A stretch of 64,000 nucleotides of DNA from Narcine bancroftii (lineage: Eukaryota), in the NCBI RefSeq assembly GCF_036971445.1, contig NC_091476.1, positions 10,664,001 to 10,728,000 of the forward strand. Reading direction: 5' to 3'. Below the pieces are notes generated by a model. The model searched no databases, was not told where the DNA came from, and saw only the letters and a list, made by a program, of their open reading frames with translations. This document shows positions 40,464 through 51,740 of this stretch, piece by piece; position 1 is the first letter of the stretch, and every line of letters begins with the position of its first letter. The position numbers and the translations under genes were made by a program.

Positions 40464-42006
40464 GAGTCCTGGAGCCTGAGAGAAGGGGAGGGCTTCACTT
40501 CTCAGTCAAGATGGGAGACTCTGCCTTGAAATGAAAGGCTGAGCCCTGACTGCGCACAACCTTCGCCGAGATGCCCAGCGAAGGGTCCACGTTATAGTCC
40601 GAGGAAAACAGACGAGCTTTCCGGCCAACCTGTTCCTGCCTTCCCCGGTTTGGAATAGGAAGGCTAGGGAAATGAGGGATTCGATTCACCACGTTGAGGT
40701 CTCGGGCTGGAAATCAATCAGTTCATTGCAGCGAGGCAATGCGCAGACTCGAGTAATGCACAGAACCAGATCAAACAATGCAAACGGTGGCTTCCTAAAA
40801 TATCGTTTATTCAATCCAATTGACCTTTTGCAAAAGGCAGTTTACAGTAATATACAACGATATCAAAATAAACCGATTTGACAGTGGCGGGACGGGTGGT
40901 TTCTTCTAATCCTTTAGGTTTGGTAAAGTGCAATTTTAGAACGGATGAGAGGGGGGTGGGGGAACCTTTTGTCCCATCAAATCGGCCCGGGGACGTCTCC
41001 AAACTATTGCACTGAGTTGCAGTGCTTGGTGTCGAACTCCTCGTAGCGAGGGAATGTTGACAGAGTGCTTTGGCAATGACTCGAATTGAGCTATTGGTTT
41101 ACAAAGTGCCTGGTGAAAAGGATGGGCCCGATTTCCCGGCGAGATCAGAAGGTCTAGTAAACTCATGGTAGTCGTTTTTATTGAACATTTGAATCAGATT
41201 TTTACTCCCATGCTAGCCCCCATATCGGGAATTGTCGAGTTAACACAGGGGCCGGCCACTACAGCTTACAATTTGAGGTATCGATCTCCAATATGACAAA
41301 AAAAAAGATACTTTTCGAAATAAATAGGACGAACCTTTGAAATGAGAACTGATGCCCACTTCATATTAAAATTGCTCCGCTGCAGATAAAAATTAATATT
41401 GGCTACTGCGTTTCATCCAGGGATCCCCTGTCAGTCTGTGACACGAACAATGCCCTCTCCCACTATCTGCAACATCTGTGTTTGTTTCGGGGGTAAATCT
41501 GCGGCAAAGCAATTCACAGTGGTAACTTCGTCAGGGTCAACGATGCAGTTGAGCACGGGGCTCCGACGAGTCGGTTTAAAGTGCATCACATGCCGGCGTG
41601 GCTCCGGAGTTGAGGAAAGTTGGATTCGCGTTTCCTGAACAAGAGCGAGATCGACGGTGGAGACATCCCAACATCTCTCTTCTTCATCCGTGTCTTTGAT
41701 TTTCCAAACTAGTTGGCCCCACGCGGAGATATTTGATACGTTGGATCGATACGTCTCTCTGCGCGCAGCGAGCGAGGACCTGCGTCCAGTCCCACACTCT
41801 GCAGCTTGAATCTTCCCTCCATGGGGTTTGGACCATGCCGGGGGCACCAAGAAGGTTCTTCCACCGGCAATGCGAAAATATTACTCTCGAAAAATACACC
41901 TTTCTCTCATTTGAATGAACGGGCGATTTGTTGAAATAGCTCCAGTAAAAAATAAATATTACAATTAATAACTGTTGAAAAAATAAAATCCACGAAACAG
42001 AAGGTA

Positions 42007-43002
42007 CTATACATCACTGGACGACCTTGGTCTGAATGAAAAGTTAGACGGAATGCACCCACAGCAAGCCAGCCAGAGAGACTTCTGGAGATCAGGGTTC
42101 CGATATGCATAAATGATAGGGTTAATAACGGAATTGCAGGTGGCTGGTAGGACCGTGACATAGGTATAGATCAGTGGATATCTGGAGTCTGCCACCAGGC
42201 AGTAGATCGCGAAAGGGACCCAGCAAACCGCGAAGGTGCCCAGGATGACAGAGAGCGTCGAGATTCCTTTCCTGGTCGAGGTGCTGGAAGTCGCCATGAA
42301 GTGGGACTGGATGGCGATCTGCTGAGCGTGCCTGAAGGCGATCTTGCAGATCTGAACGTAGAGTTGCAGCATCAGGGCGAATATCAGCAGAAAGGAGACG
42401 GAGAGCACCGCGGCATGATTCCGAGTGACTGGCTTGATCACGCTACAGGTGGTCTCGTCCTCCAGGCAGTTCCAGCCCGCCACGGGCAGGGATCCCAGGC
42501 TCAGGCATGTGACCCAGGCTACGACCAGCATCAAGTAGGTGAAAGTCGTGGTTCTCTCCGTGTGGTAGGTCAGGGCGTTATACAGGGACAGGTAGCGGTC
42601 GATGGTGATGGCAAGCACGCTGCAGACCGAAGCCGAGAAAGAGGCGATCAGGAGAGCCGCCGAGACCAGTTTGGCGGCTTCGAAGTTGAGCAAGTAGAGG
42701 AAAATGAAATTAAGGATTAAGCCCAGACCTCCGAGGAGATCAGCCAAGGCTAAACTCCCGATCAGGATGAACATGGGAGCCCTGAGGGTCGGCGAGTAGA
42801 AAATGACGGCCACCACGATGGCGTTCTCGCAAGAGATCACGGTGCCCACGACACAAAGGGCGATGTCCCAGGGATTGACTATGTCCTCGGGGATGTCAGC
42901 GCTGACGACGGAGGAGTTACTGCTGTCTGCTAGGAGCCAGCTGGAGGACTGCTTGGAGCTATTCCTGCTCTGATCATTCATAACTGGAGGCATGGAAATC
43001 AT
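42007..43002 (-). CDS. GPR185: Class A GPCR of the constitutively Gs-active GPR3/GPR6/GPR12 family, most similar to GPR185 (GPRx); 331 aa
   Basis: 7TM ORF with NPWDI, SCENAIVV, LRAPMF, IDRY, CWVP, NPIIY, a CC palmitoylation site and a PDZ-type C-terminus SSDV. The residues YNALTYHTERT, IAFRHAQQIA and RNPDLQKSLWLACC fit GPR185 better than GPR12 (from memory). A splice acceptor (C-run then TTCAG) at 43006-43008 puts the start at ATG 43002; alternatives are 42993 and 42981. Confidence 0.88.
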   Translation of the reverse strand: MISMPPVMNDQSRNSSKQSSSWLLADSSNSSVVSADIPEDIVNPWDIALCVVGTVISCENAIVVAVIFYSPTLRAPMFILIGSLALADLLGGLGLILNFIFLYLLNFEAAKLVSAALLIASFSASVCSVLAITIDRYLSLYNALTYHTERTTTFTYLMLVVAWVTCLSLGSLPVAGWNCLEDETTCSVIKPVTRNHAAVLSVSFLLIFALMLQLYVQICKIAFRHAQQIAIQSHFMATSSTSTRKGISTLSVILGTFAVCWVPFAIYCLVADSRYPLIYTYVTVLPATCNSVINPIIYAYRNPDLQKSLWLACCGCIPSNFSFRPRSSSDV

Positions 43003-43531
43003 GATCTGAAGGGGGGGGGGGGGGGGAAACAAAACATATCGTTCAGAAACAAAGAGACGAGACATTCAGGTGCCCGTTTGTAAAGAACCGAGCCTGTGCT
43101 GCGGCGTGAAGTTATTAGCATTTGTTGACAGTTTCCCAATGAGGGAACATTCACTATTACATAACAGCCGGCTGCTGTCAGTAGGGAGAAGTCCTTTGTA
43201 AATACTCACTGCAGTAGCACTGAGCTGGACCTCATTGTAAACGTGTTTGTGGGAAGGAGGAAGCCTGTACCTTTTAACTCAACAGTCGCACGAGTGGGGA
43301 CAGAACAAATATCGATTTTCCAATCAGAAAACAGCACTGATTTACAGATCAATCTCCTCTCTCGATTCGTACATCATAGACAAAGAGGACAAGTTATACG
43401 ATGTGCTCGTTTCTATACTGTAACTAAACTCAGAACAGGCAGGGAGTTCACGGATTCCTAACTCGTTTACGCAACCCCCCCCCAATACGAGAACGATGCC
43501 AGAAGGACCGGAACTGGGCTCAATATCTTAC

Positions 43532-43670
43532 CGACTCTCTGCTCTTTCCTCGGTGCTGCTCGCCTGAAGCTTTGCTCGGGTTTGCAGGTTTATTCTTCGG
43601 TTGACATGGCTCATCCAACGCAAGATTTGGTGAATTGAATGCGGTTCATGCGATGCCTCAGTGGGGTGTT
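43532..43670 (-). other. Putative non-coding first exon of the GPCR (5' boundary uncertain)
   Basis: Strong minus-strand donor TCG|GTAAGA at 43532/43531, giving an intron of about 525 bp to the 43005 acceptor. It lies in the CpG island just downstream of a CRE. Confidence 0.55.
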
Positions 43671-43685
43671 GATAAATCTCAGCTC

Positions 43686-43693
43686 TGACGTCA
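43686..43693. promoter_or_regulatory. Full palindromic cAMP response element TGACGTCA in the putative GPCR promoter
   Basis: Exact motif about 150 bp upstream of the exon-1 donor. Confidence 0.55.
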
Positions 43694-44849
43694 AAAACTG
43701 TTCACTTATTGTGTTCAGCGCCCCGGCTGTGTGAGAGGAATATCTAAACAGATGCACGCACACACATCTGGACGGGCCGAGCTCCATTCACAAGATTTCT
43801 AACCAGACCTCCATCCTCTGCAGACACCTCCCAAGGTCACTGAAACCAGCCAGGTCTCCAGTACATCATCCCCAGGAATAGCTCCCGCACAAGGCAAGGC
43901 GACTCAGTCCGCACCCACTGCCTTGGCCAGGTTTGGGCAATTCAAATGCTTTTCACATATTCGAGACTGCACTAAAATCGGAAACGTCAGCCCTTCTGTT
44001 TTATAAGCGTTGACTGCTGTGAATTTGGAATGTCGGTCGGCAAGGAGGGTAATGTTCGCCCTGGTGTTCCTGTCCCGTCCCATGTATTGGCTTCTCAGGC
44101 GGAACCGAGCCGAGCAGGATCCCCGAAAGCCAAGCTCCCCTGCCAGTGGCAGAGCGGAGAGGAACCCCTTAAATAAAGCCTGCGGGCGAAATTCCAGCTC
44201 AGTCTACACGTACCTGGATAAACTCCCTTCATATTCACTGACACCCCCGTTTCCCCCCCCCCCCGCACCGAGAATAAAATGGAAGATGAAATCATTTGAT
44301 CGGTGGCCTCCCCCCTCGACAAATGCAGTCTGAACGCATATGCCCTATATGCAGTCCGGTGAGACCCGCAGAAGGGCGACCCTTTTGGCTTCCCAAATAT
44401 CTCCCTGCACCGCGGCTGTTGGAGATCGTTCTCGAGGGGTGAGATGTTCAGCTGAAACAAGGTAACATTCGATATTTGCTCAGATCTGCTTCCTGTGTTC
44501 ATCAGAAGCAGGTTCTTCAAGCTGAAGAGGGGCTCCAGCTTTCTGGAATCACTGATCAAGCCAAGAGTCTCAATCATCGCGTAAAATGATTTGAGGGTTT
44601 CCTGCGACGGTGGAGATGCAATTTAACCACAAGTATTCAGAAGGGTCTTGGAGAGAAGTCCTATTGAGGGGAAGATTGTGTATTGACTTCCATATTCGTC
44701 TTCCTTATATTTCTCTGTTATTCTGGCAGATTGTTATGAAGTATTTGCTTTTTACCTCATTGACTACGATTTGTAAAATTCAACTCCTGAATTGTAATGT
44801 TTCGATATTGATATCTTTCAACAAGGTTCCCCATCATTCATACCCATAA

Positions 44850-45243
44850 TTACAAGTCATTCGGCCTACAGGGCCCGTGTGAGGCATCTATTACCTAACA
44901 ATGCTCATCCCATTTTCCTGAATTTGGCTCTTGATCTGTCATATCTCGGCAATTCAAGAGCCCCCCTACATGTTTGAATATTGTGAGAACCTCTGCTCCA
45001 ACCACTGCCTCCAGCAGAATGTTCCAGACTCCAAGCATCCCCTGGATGAACAAAAAAAGAATCTTCCTTACATCCCTTCTATCTCCTGGTCCGCAACCCC
45101 TTTCGTTCCACTCACATGCCACCTTAAATAATCCTTTACTAACCATAGAGGACCCTGTGACATCCTATGCCGTTGGCGCTCTGTGGTTAGCGAGGGATTC
45201 CTTAAGGTGGTATGTGAGTGGGGAAAAAAGGTTGAGTACCAGT
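44850..45243. mobile_element. CR1 3' fragment (-) followed by a single hAT-like MITE unit (about 45092-45243)
   Basis: ttccactcacatgccaccttaa...ttaaggtggtatgtgagtggggaaaaaaggttgagtaccagtg. Confidence 0.65.
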
Positions 45244-45520
45244 GTCTTGAACAAATTCCCTCAACTATTTCCCTCTATTTTTTCCTCATCATGCTTCATA
45301 CTCACTGGCAAAGTAAAACATGACCAATATTTTAACAGGGCAGCTCTTCTTTAATTTCACTGTTTGTGTCTGGGTTTCCCTTACTTTTTGATTCTGCTTC
45401 TTTTCTTTCTCAATTTAATTCTTGGTTCCCTCATTTTACTTTGATTCTCTTGATTTTCTTTAGGACTGTCTATTTTATCCCAACTCCTTCTGATTTATAG
45501 TCTTTTCTTCATTTTCTTCA

Positions 45521-46092
45521 TGTCAAAGCCCTTGTGGTTCATGCAAGAGGAGAGGACTGGCTGTCTAATGTTTCACTTGAAATAAGTAAACAGAAAGGAA
45601 CTCTGTGGTGACCTGAAAGAAAGAGGTTATCATCTGGAGAACCCTGAGGGGCATTTCTTCGTCAAGACACTGAAGTGGCTCATTAAAAAATGAATCAGTT
45701 GTGGATGTCCAGCGTACAACAAATCTCTCTCTGAAAACCGTCAAGAACCTTCCTGAACGGTAACCATTTACCTTTCAAGCACCAAGCCTGGTGAACTTTA
45801 TAAATATTTAATTCTGTGCACAGTATAAGAATTGCCTGCAACCTGTAAACTATGAGAAATGAGACTGGACTGTGAACCAAAGAACTTTTCTGAACTTACA
45901 CACACATTACATACACAGGCCCTTCAAACTAGAAGGGGGTTAAGTTAGGTTAGTTAAGTCAAGAGTGATAAGTTGAAGTGTGATTCTGTTTTCATGTTTA
46001 AAGATCATTAAAATCAACTTTTGTTTAAGTGACCATTTGTCGTGGTGAATATCTATTGCTGCTGGGTTTATGGGTCCTCTGGGCTCGTAACA
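45521..46092. mobile_element. Probable solo LTR
   Basis: TGTCAAAGCC ... GGCTCGTAACA ends; no clear TSD. Confidence 0.5.
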
Positions 46093-46374
46093 GAGTTGTT
46101 TGCATTATTTTCTCATCCTAACTCAACTTTCCATTCACTTTCCATTCACTTTCCATTCACATTCCATTCACATTTCTCCCAATGACTTTACCTTTCCCAT
46201 TGTTTGCTGCTTGGTTACTTTTTCCCTTTTTTCCAATCTTGTTTTCTTTAATTTCCGCTTTTTCTTTGGATTGTACCTCACAAATTTGTTCTTATAATTA
46301 ACCTTTTTTTTCCTCATGTTTCTTACCTTCTCAATTGCATCAATGTTTTCAATATTAATTCCAGTGTATCATTA

Positions 46375-47497
46375 CACTGGACAACGAAGATTTCGCTTCC
46401 TGAACACTTTTGCATGTAGTTTATGGATTTTGGGCTGATGATCATGAAAATTACCTTACTGTTTTTTCAAATTTTTTTGTGATTTCCTGTCATTATTTGT
46501 CGACTAGGTTCTTGCCCACAAAACAAGACGTTTTGGTCAGTCCAAGCATGCTTTGGCATGCACTTAGTGCAGGTGTTATGCCAACATTATCAAAGGCCTG
46601 GCGTGCTTGCGAAGCATTTAAAGATGTTGTTGAGGATTTTCTTGGCAACTAAAAAGAGCACCAAACTACATCCAGCTGATTGACAACGTGTTTCAAGAAT
46701 ACAAAACCATGAAGTGCAGCATCTCATTGAAAATTAATTTTCTGTATTTGCACTTGGTTTTCTTCTCTGCTGATCTTGGTGCAGTTGGTGCTGAAAAGTT
46801 TCACCAGGACATTGCGACCATGGAAAAGTGGTTTCAAGGTCACTGGAATCCATCAATGCAAGCTGACTATTGTTGGGCACTGATACTAGAGGCTTCAGAT
46901 GCTGAGTACTGTTAGGTCTGCTTTGTTCATGAATGAGTGAGACAAACACCAGACTGAGTCGAAATCAGGGTTCTTTGTTCTTTATTACCAGATTGTAACA
47001 CTTGCAACTAACCATGTTAGTCGGAGAATGCATTCTGCCGTTATCAGCAATATGGTGATTTTTTATACCCTTGGATACGTGCTTAGAACATCATCATATC
47101 ATTACTTGTCCAATGACTAAAACTGTTGCTATCCTTTCCCTGCTAGCTTCCTGCCTCTCAATCCATCAATGTCTCTCTTATCTTGTAAGTACAAGGATGC
47201 ATTCACATCTTGTTACAGCCCTGTACAGGGTAACTCCTTACACATTCCCATCTCATGATGTTTTACCTTACAGTACAAATGAAAATCAGTGGCAAAACAT
47301 CTTTAGGTCAATTGAAATAATGCAATGTGTCAGGATCATTATGTGATTAAACATGTAAATTTAATAAAAGTTAATTTAATGTTTCTACATGATGCAGCAA
47401 ATCTGAAATTATCTTTGTGTTCAGCTTTAAGTTGTTTATCATAATCCTCAATTTTTTTTCAGGAAGCAAACTTTGTGAAAAATATTGTTTTCCAGCG
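46375..47497 (+). mobile_element. Chapaev3 (CMC) DNA transposon deletion derivative with a transposase C-terminal remnant
   Basis: TIRs CACTGGACAAC / GTTTTCCAGCG with a TTA TSD on both sides. Reads AFKDVVEDFLGN..SLKINFLYLHL.FF..DLGAV..EKFHQDIATMEK.FQG.W...QADYCW. Confidence 0.85.
46910..47272 (-). mobile_element. Solo LTR (363 bp) nested in Chapaev3
   Basis: TGTTAGG...CCTTACA ends and a perfect 4-bp TSD GTAC. AATAAA on the minus strand near 46981. Confidence 0.88.
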
Positions 47498-48229
47498 TTA
47501 TTATTGTCCAAACTACCATTCTGTATGCATACTTCACTGGAGTGTATAAAAAATGCATTTTCTCCATAAATGCAATTTCCGTGTTTGGTTGTTATCTGCA
47601 AAAATGCACCATTTGTAAGTCAGAGATCTATTGGAACCTGTGAATTCTTGTAGATATTGAAGAACAAAGCATACATACTGAAAATCTGAAGCTAATGCAG
47701 AAAATGTAAATATATGGGAGGCGACATATGTGAAAAGAGAAAGTACATTTTGCAAAATTGAATTTGATTTAAGTAAGATAACATGGATGTCTCTGACATC
47801 CACTAAGATTATGGATGTTCGTTTACCTCAGAAATACTTTCCTGCATTGGCTCCATATCCATCCATTCTCTTAATATCTAAAAATTTATCTCTGCCTTGA
47901 ATGTTCTAAGCTAAGTTTCCATCGCCCCTTTGGATAGAGAATTCTAAAGGTTTACTATGCTTTGGGTGAATACATTTCTCCCCAACTCCATCCTGATGGG
48001 CTGATACCTAATGATGCACTATTTTGATATTTTAGCATAAATCAGAAAACTCACAATACTTAGCATTTCCGCTGTGTTCCTTTCTTCCTCTGACTTAAAG
48101 ACAAATTAATCTTTACTTTCAAAATCAGTGTCTGATTGCATTTCTTCAGACCTTTTATATTCCATATTTATTGCCTCATATTCAACGAATCGCAGCCAAG
48201 CTCAGTTTAGAATATTTGTAGGAAGGGGT

Positions 48230-48540
48230 GACCTGACATTGCGAGAGGCATTGATAGGATCGACAGTTGGAATAGTTTTTCCCAGGGTAAAGATGTCAAA
48301 TATGAGTGGGCATGAATTTAAGGTGGCTGGAGATGAGCAGGGTAAGTTGGTGTCTGGAACATGGTGGAAGTAGGGTGTGAGAGATTTCTAAATAGACGTG
48401 AATATTTAGAAAATAGAGGGATATGCATTACAAGCAAGCAGCATTTAACTTGGGCATCATGTTCAGCACAGACATGTGGACCAAAGGGCCTGTTCCTGTT
48501 TTGTACTGTCCTATGTCCTAAAATCTGTCCTATGTTCTAA
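48230..48540 (+). mobile_element. CR1 3' fragment
   Basis: gggcctgttcctgttttgtactgtcctatgtccta tail. Confidence 0.6.
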
Positions 48541-50116
48541 AATCGTAGATTTCTACCCTGATAGTACCTCGATAGAGTACTGAAAGTTTAAGATAGAGCA
48601 TCCTCCAAAGCAAGTAATAATAGTTTGGGAAGCCTGGTTAAATAAAGAGCAATATCTGTGTTTTAAGAAATTGAAAGACAGTCAAGTAGTAGAACTTAGG
48701 CAAGGAAAAAGTATGGTACTGAACAAACAGATCCTTTCTTCCACTTGACTCCATCATGCAATTAAATAGAGACAATAAAATACCATATATAGAATTTTCG
48801 TGTTTCATTCCTTTGTTCCTATTTGTCTCTTTTATGTCAGTCTATGGATCCATAGTAGCCCTGACATAAACCCAGGGTATGACTCCTGACTCTGATATGT
48901 TTAAAAAAATACAATCAATTCCATTCAGCTTGTTACATGATTTTGGCGGATGAACATGAAAACAAAATGTCACTTACCTGGCAAAGCGAGTGGCAGTTCA
49001 ATATCCAAATTGAGTTTGAAACATAGTGGAGATAAATGAAGCATCTGAAAGAGAGTCTATCTTGGTTACACCAGTGAGTATGGAGGATGTTAAAGTGTGT
49101 AGGATGACAAATTTGTGACTTAAGAACTGTCATCTCAGGAGGTGGTTTAAACATAAAAGGAACAGTGAATTATAGCTGTCATTTCGTATTCGATGGCTAC
49201 CTTTGTATGACTAAAGGTATCAGATTTCCCCCTCATCTGGAAAGAGAGTGCAATTCTTTACTGCCACAGTTTTTCTGATCAGGTGTAACTAACAATGAAG
49301 TAACTAATTTTTATTAGGGTCATTAGATTTTTAAAAAATTAATTTAATTTATTCAAGAAATCATTCTCTGGAACACTTTCAGAACTAGTTACCCTTACCT
49401 TGCTAAGCATTTGAAAATATCTTTCACTATTAATTTTGAACTGAATGATTTCAGTCAGGATACAATTAGATCTAAACTGAAATATTCATTCCTACATCTG
49501 ACAAATGCCACTTAACAAAACATAATGATTGTTTCTACTTTAAACATTACGATGTCACTGACCATTAACTGTTGGGGGGGGGGGGGGAGGTTTATCCTAG
49601 TCATTAAGTACAGCAGCAACCATAAAAGCATTCAAAATACTCTGCTGTGCCCTCTATTATTAACCTCACTTATGTTTGCAAATTACTGTTGGTTCCCATG
49701 CTATGACAGACATATACAAGTCCATGGTGTCAGAAAATCTGGGAGCTGCTCTCCATCAAAAAGGTTATCAGGGCTTTGCCCATCCTAATATCTCACTTTT
49801 CTCTTTCTTGACCCTTGGCATGGAATTTATTAAAAAGAAAATATTATTTTTGTGAATTCAGGTCACTTCCTTGACTCGGTCCAAGGGAACCATTTTGAAC
49901 TCCTTTAGATTCTACTCTGCCTCATTTATTCTGTTGGTTATAAGCCAATGAAGTATGAAATTCAGAATCCTTCCCCTCAGTAATTAGTTTTCCAGTGGCT
50001 GGAGAATGAGAGCATGGAAATTCTTTATTTCTCAGTGCAGATTCTAGATCATTAGTAACTTCTGGAATGGAATCTAACACACACTTAAAAAGGAAATATT
50101 TAAAGGACTGCGGTAC

Positions 50117-50290
50117 ATAAGAACATAAGAAATAGGAGCAGTAGTCAACATTTGGCCCGTCTACTCTGCTCCAACATTCAATGAGATCATGGCTCATCTG
50201 CTGTTAGGCTCATCTCCACCTACCTGTCTTTTCCCCATATCCCTTAATTCCCCTGCAATGTAAAAATCTATCCAACTTTGTCTTAAGTAT
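50117..50290 (-). mobile_element. CR1 3' end
   Basis: cataagaacataagaaataggagcag tail. Confidence 0.7.
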
Positions 50291-51384
50291 ATGGTAAAAG
50301 AGCAGGTGAACCAAACGAAAGTATCAGCATATGCAAAATATCACACCATTATACAGAAAGAAGTAGGCTCTTCATCTTCAAGATGTGAGTGCTATACAAT
50401 TTCATGCACTTAGAGGTTAAAAAAAAACCACCTATATTTTTGAGGGAAATTCAAAGGGTATTGATAAATGAACTCCATAGACGGTTCCTTTAGTGGTGAA
50501 ATTGCAGCAAAATGTACTGAGAGCTTGATCAGAATATACTACTGCAAATGGAGTCTAGAGAAATAGATTTAGAGGAAGACAATTAAAACCTAAAGCTGTC
50601 AAGGTGTCAATGTAGTAGTGATTGATGTTAGTATCAATATTATTTAATTATCTACTATCCATTAATATACCATCAGTTGTAGAGCTGTCAGGAGATTCAG
50701 GGCAGACTCATTAACCAGCTACTGTTCTGAGTGTTACCCAGTATATGGTGTCACATTATTCATTTAACATGAGATTAGCTATGAAGATAATTCTAGGATT
50801 TCACATTCACTTTCATTGTTCTCTATTCTGAGCTAACACAAAACTGTCCTTTGTAATTTTTGTAATTCCATTACATCTTTGTAAATCCAGTGTTTCTAGT
50901 TTAGTCGATTTTCTGGGTGATTGGATGTTATTCAACACACTTTTAATTCACTTTTTTTATATGTTACACAGCAGAGAAATCAATTTTCCATTGAACGCAG
51001 TAAGTTTAAGGAAAGAAAATTAAGATACAAACCATCCTGACAGATAAATAAAGAAGAGACTGAATTTTGATTGTGGTACAGATGACATGTGTTTTAATTT
51101 TTTGTTTTTAATTTTAATTTTAGTTTGATTTTCTTTTTCCTTTCCCTTTTATGGTTTATTTAATATCTGTGGAAGGGGAAAAATACTTTATTTTATATAA
51201 ATTGATATTATATTGTGTGGTTAAAAAGATGTCTTATATTGTTTGTATATATTTCTTTGAGTCTTTTAAAATAAAATATTAAAAAACCCACAGTAAGTTT
51301 ACAGTGAAAGCAGAAAAAAGGCCTGGTACATTTCAAGGAGCACAGGTGAGTTTCAGGTGAAATGCTGAAACAGAGGTCTCAGTG

Positions 51385-51740
51385 AATTCAAGATTCAAGA
51401 TTCCTTTATTGTCATGTAATAAAACAGGTGTAATATTACACAAAATTTGCTTTCAATTTGCCCTCAGCAGAAATTGGTGAGCATCTGATAGAGAGTCCTC
51501 CCAGAGTCACTGAGTGTTCGTGGATTGCGCTTCTGCAGCCAAATTGCCTTCAGTGCAAACCACCAGCAAATTAAGGTCCAGATCCAAACCTCTGACATGA
51601 TCAGGATGCCTTCAGCACCTTCGCGTCTCGGTTCCAATACCTGGAACCAGTCTCGAGCCAATCTGCAGCAGTCTGCGGCATGGTGTGATTCCCTTGACTG
51701 CAGCCTGTGTGTGTTTCTCGCCTCGAGTCGCCAACGGAGA
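51385..51740 (-). mobile_element. Second copy of the retroposon at 32700-33425
   Basis: (ttcaaga)n tail and a shared body. Confidence 0.65.

Larger units (their letters stand above)
39950..44620. promoter_or_regulatory. CpG island spanning the GPCR promoter, gene body and 3' flank
   Basis: CpG dinucleotides are visibly much denser here than in the CpG-depleted flanks, and the stretch is free of recognisable TEs. Confidence 0.75.

Noticed and set aside
42301-42720. 139-aa plus-strand ORF
   Set aside because: Antisense shadow of the GC3-rich GPCR coding sequence.
43003-43065. N-terminal extension MSRLFVSERYVLFPPPPPLQI of the 352-aa ORF
   Set aside because: It runs through a polypyrimidine tract and AG acceptor, so it is most likely intronic.
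44010-44577. 107-aa and 160-aa ORFs upstream of the GPCR
   Set aside because: Expected by chance in a GC-rich island; no motifs.
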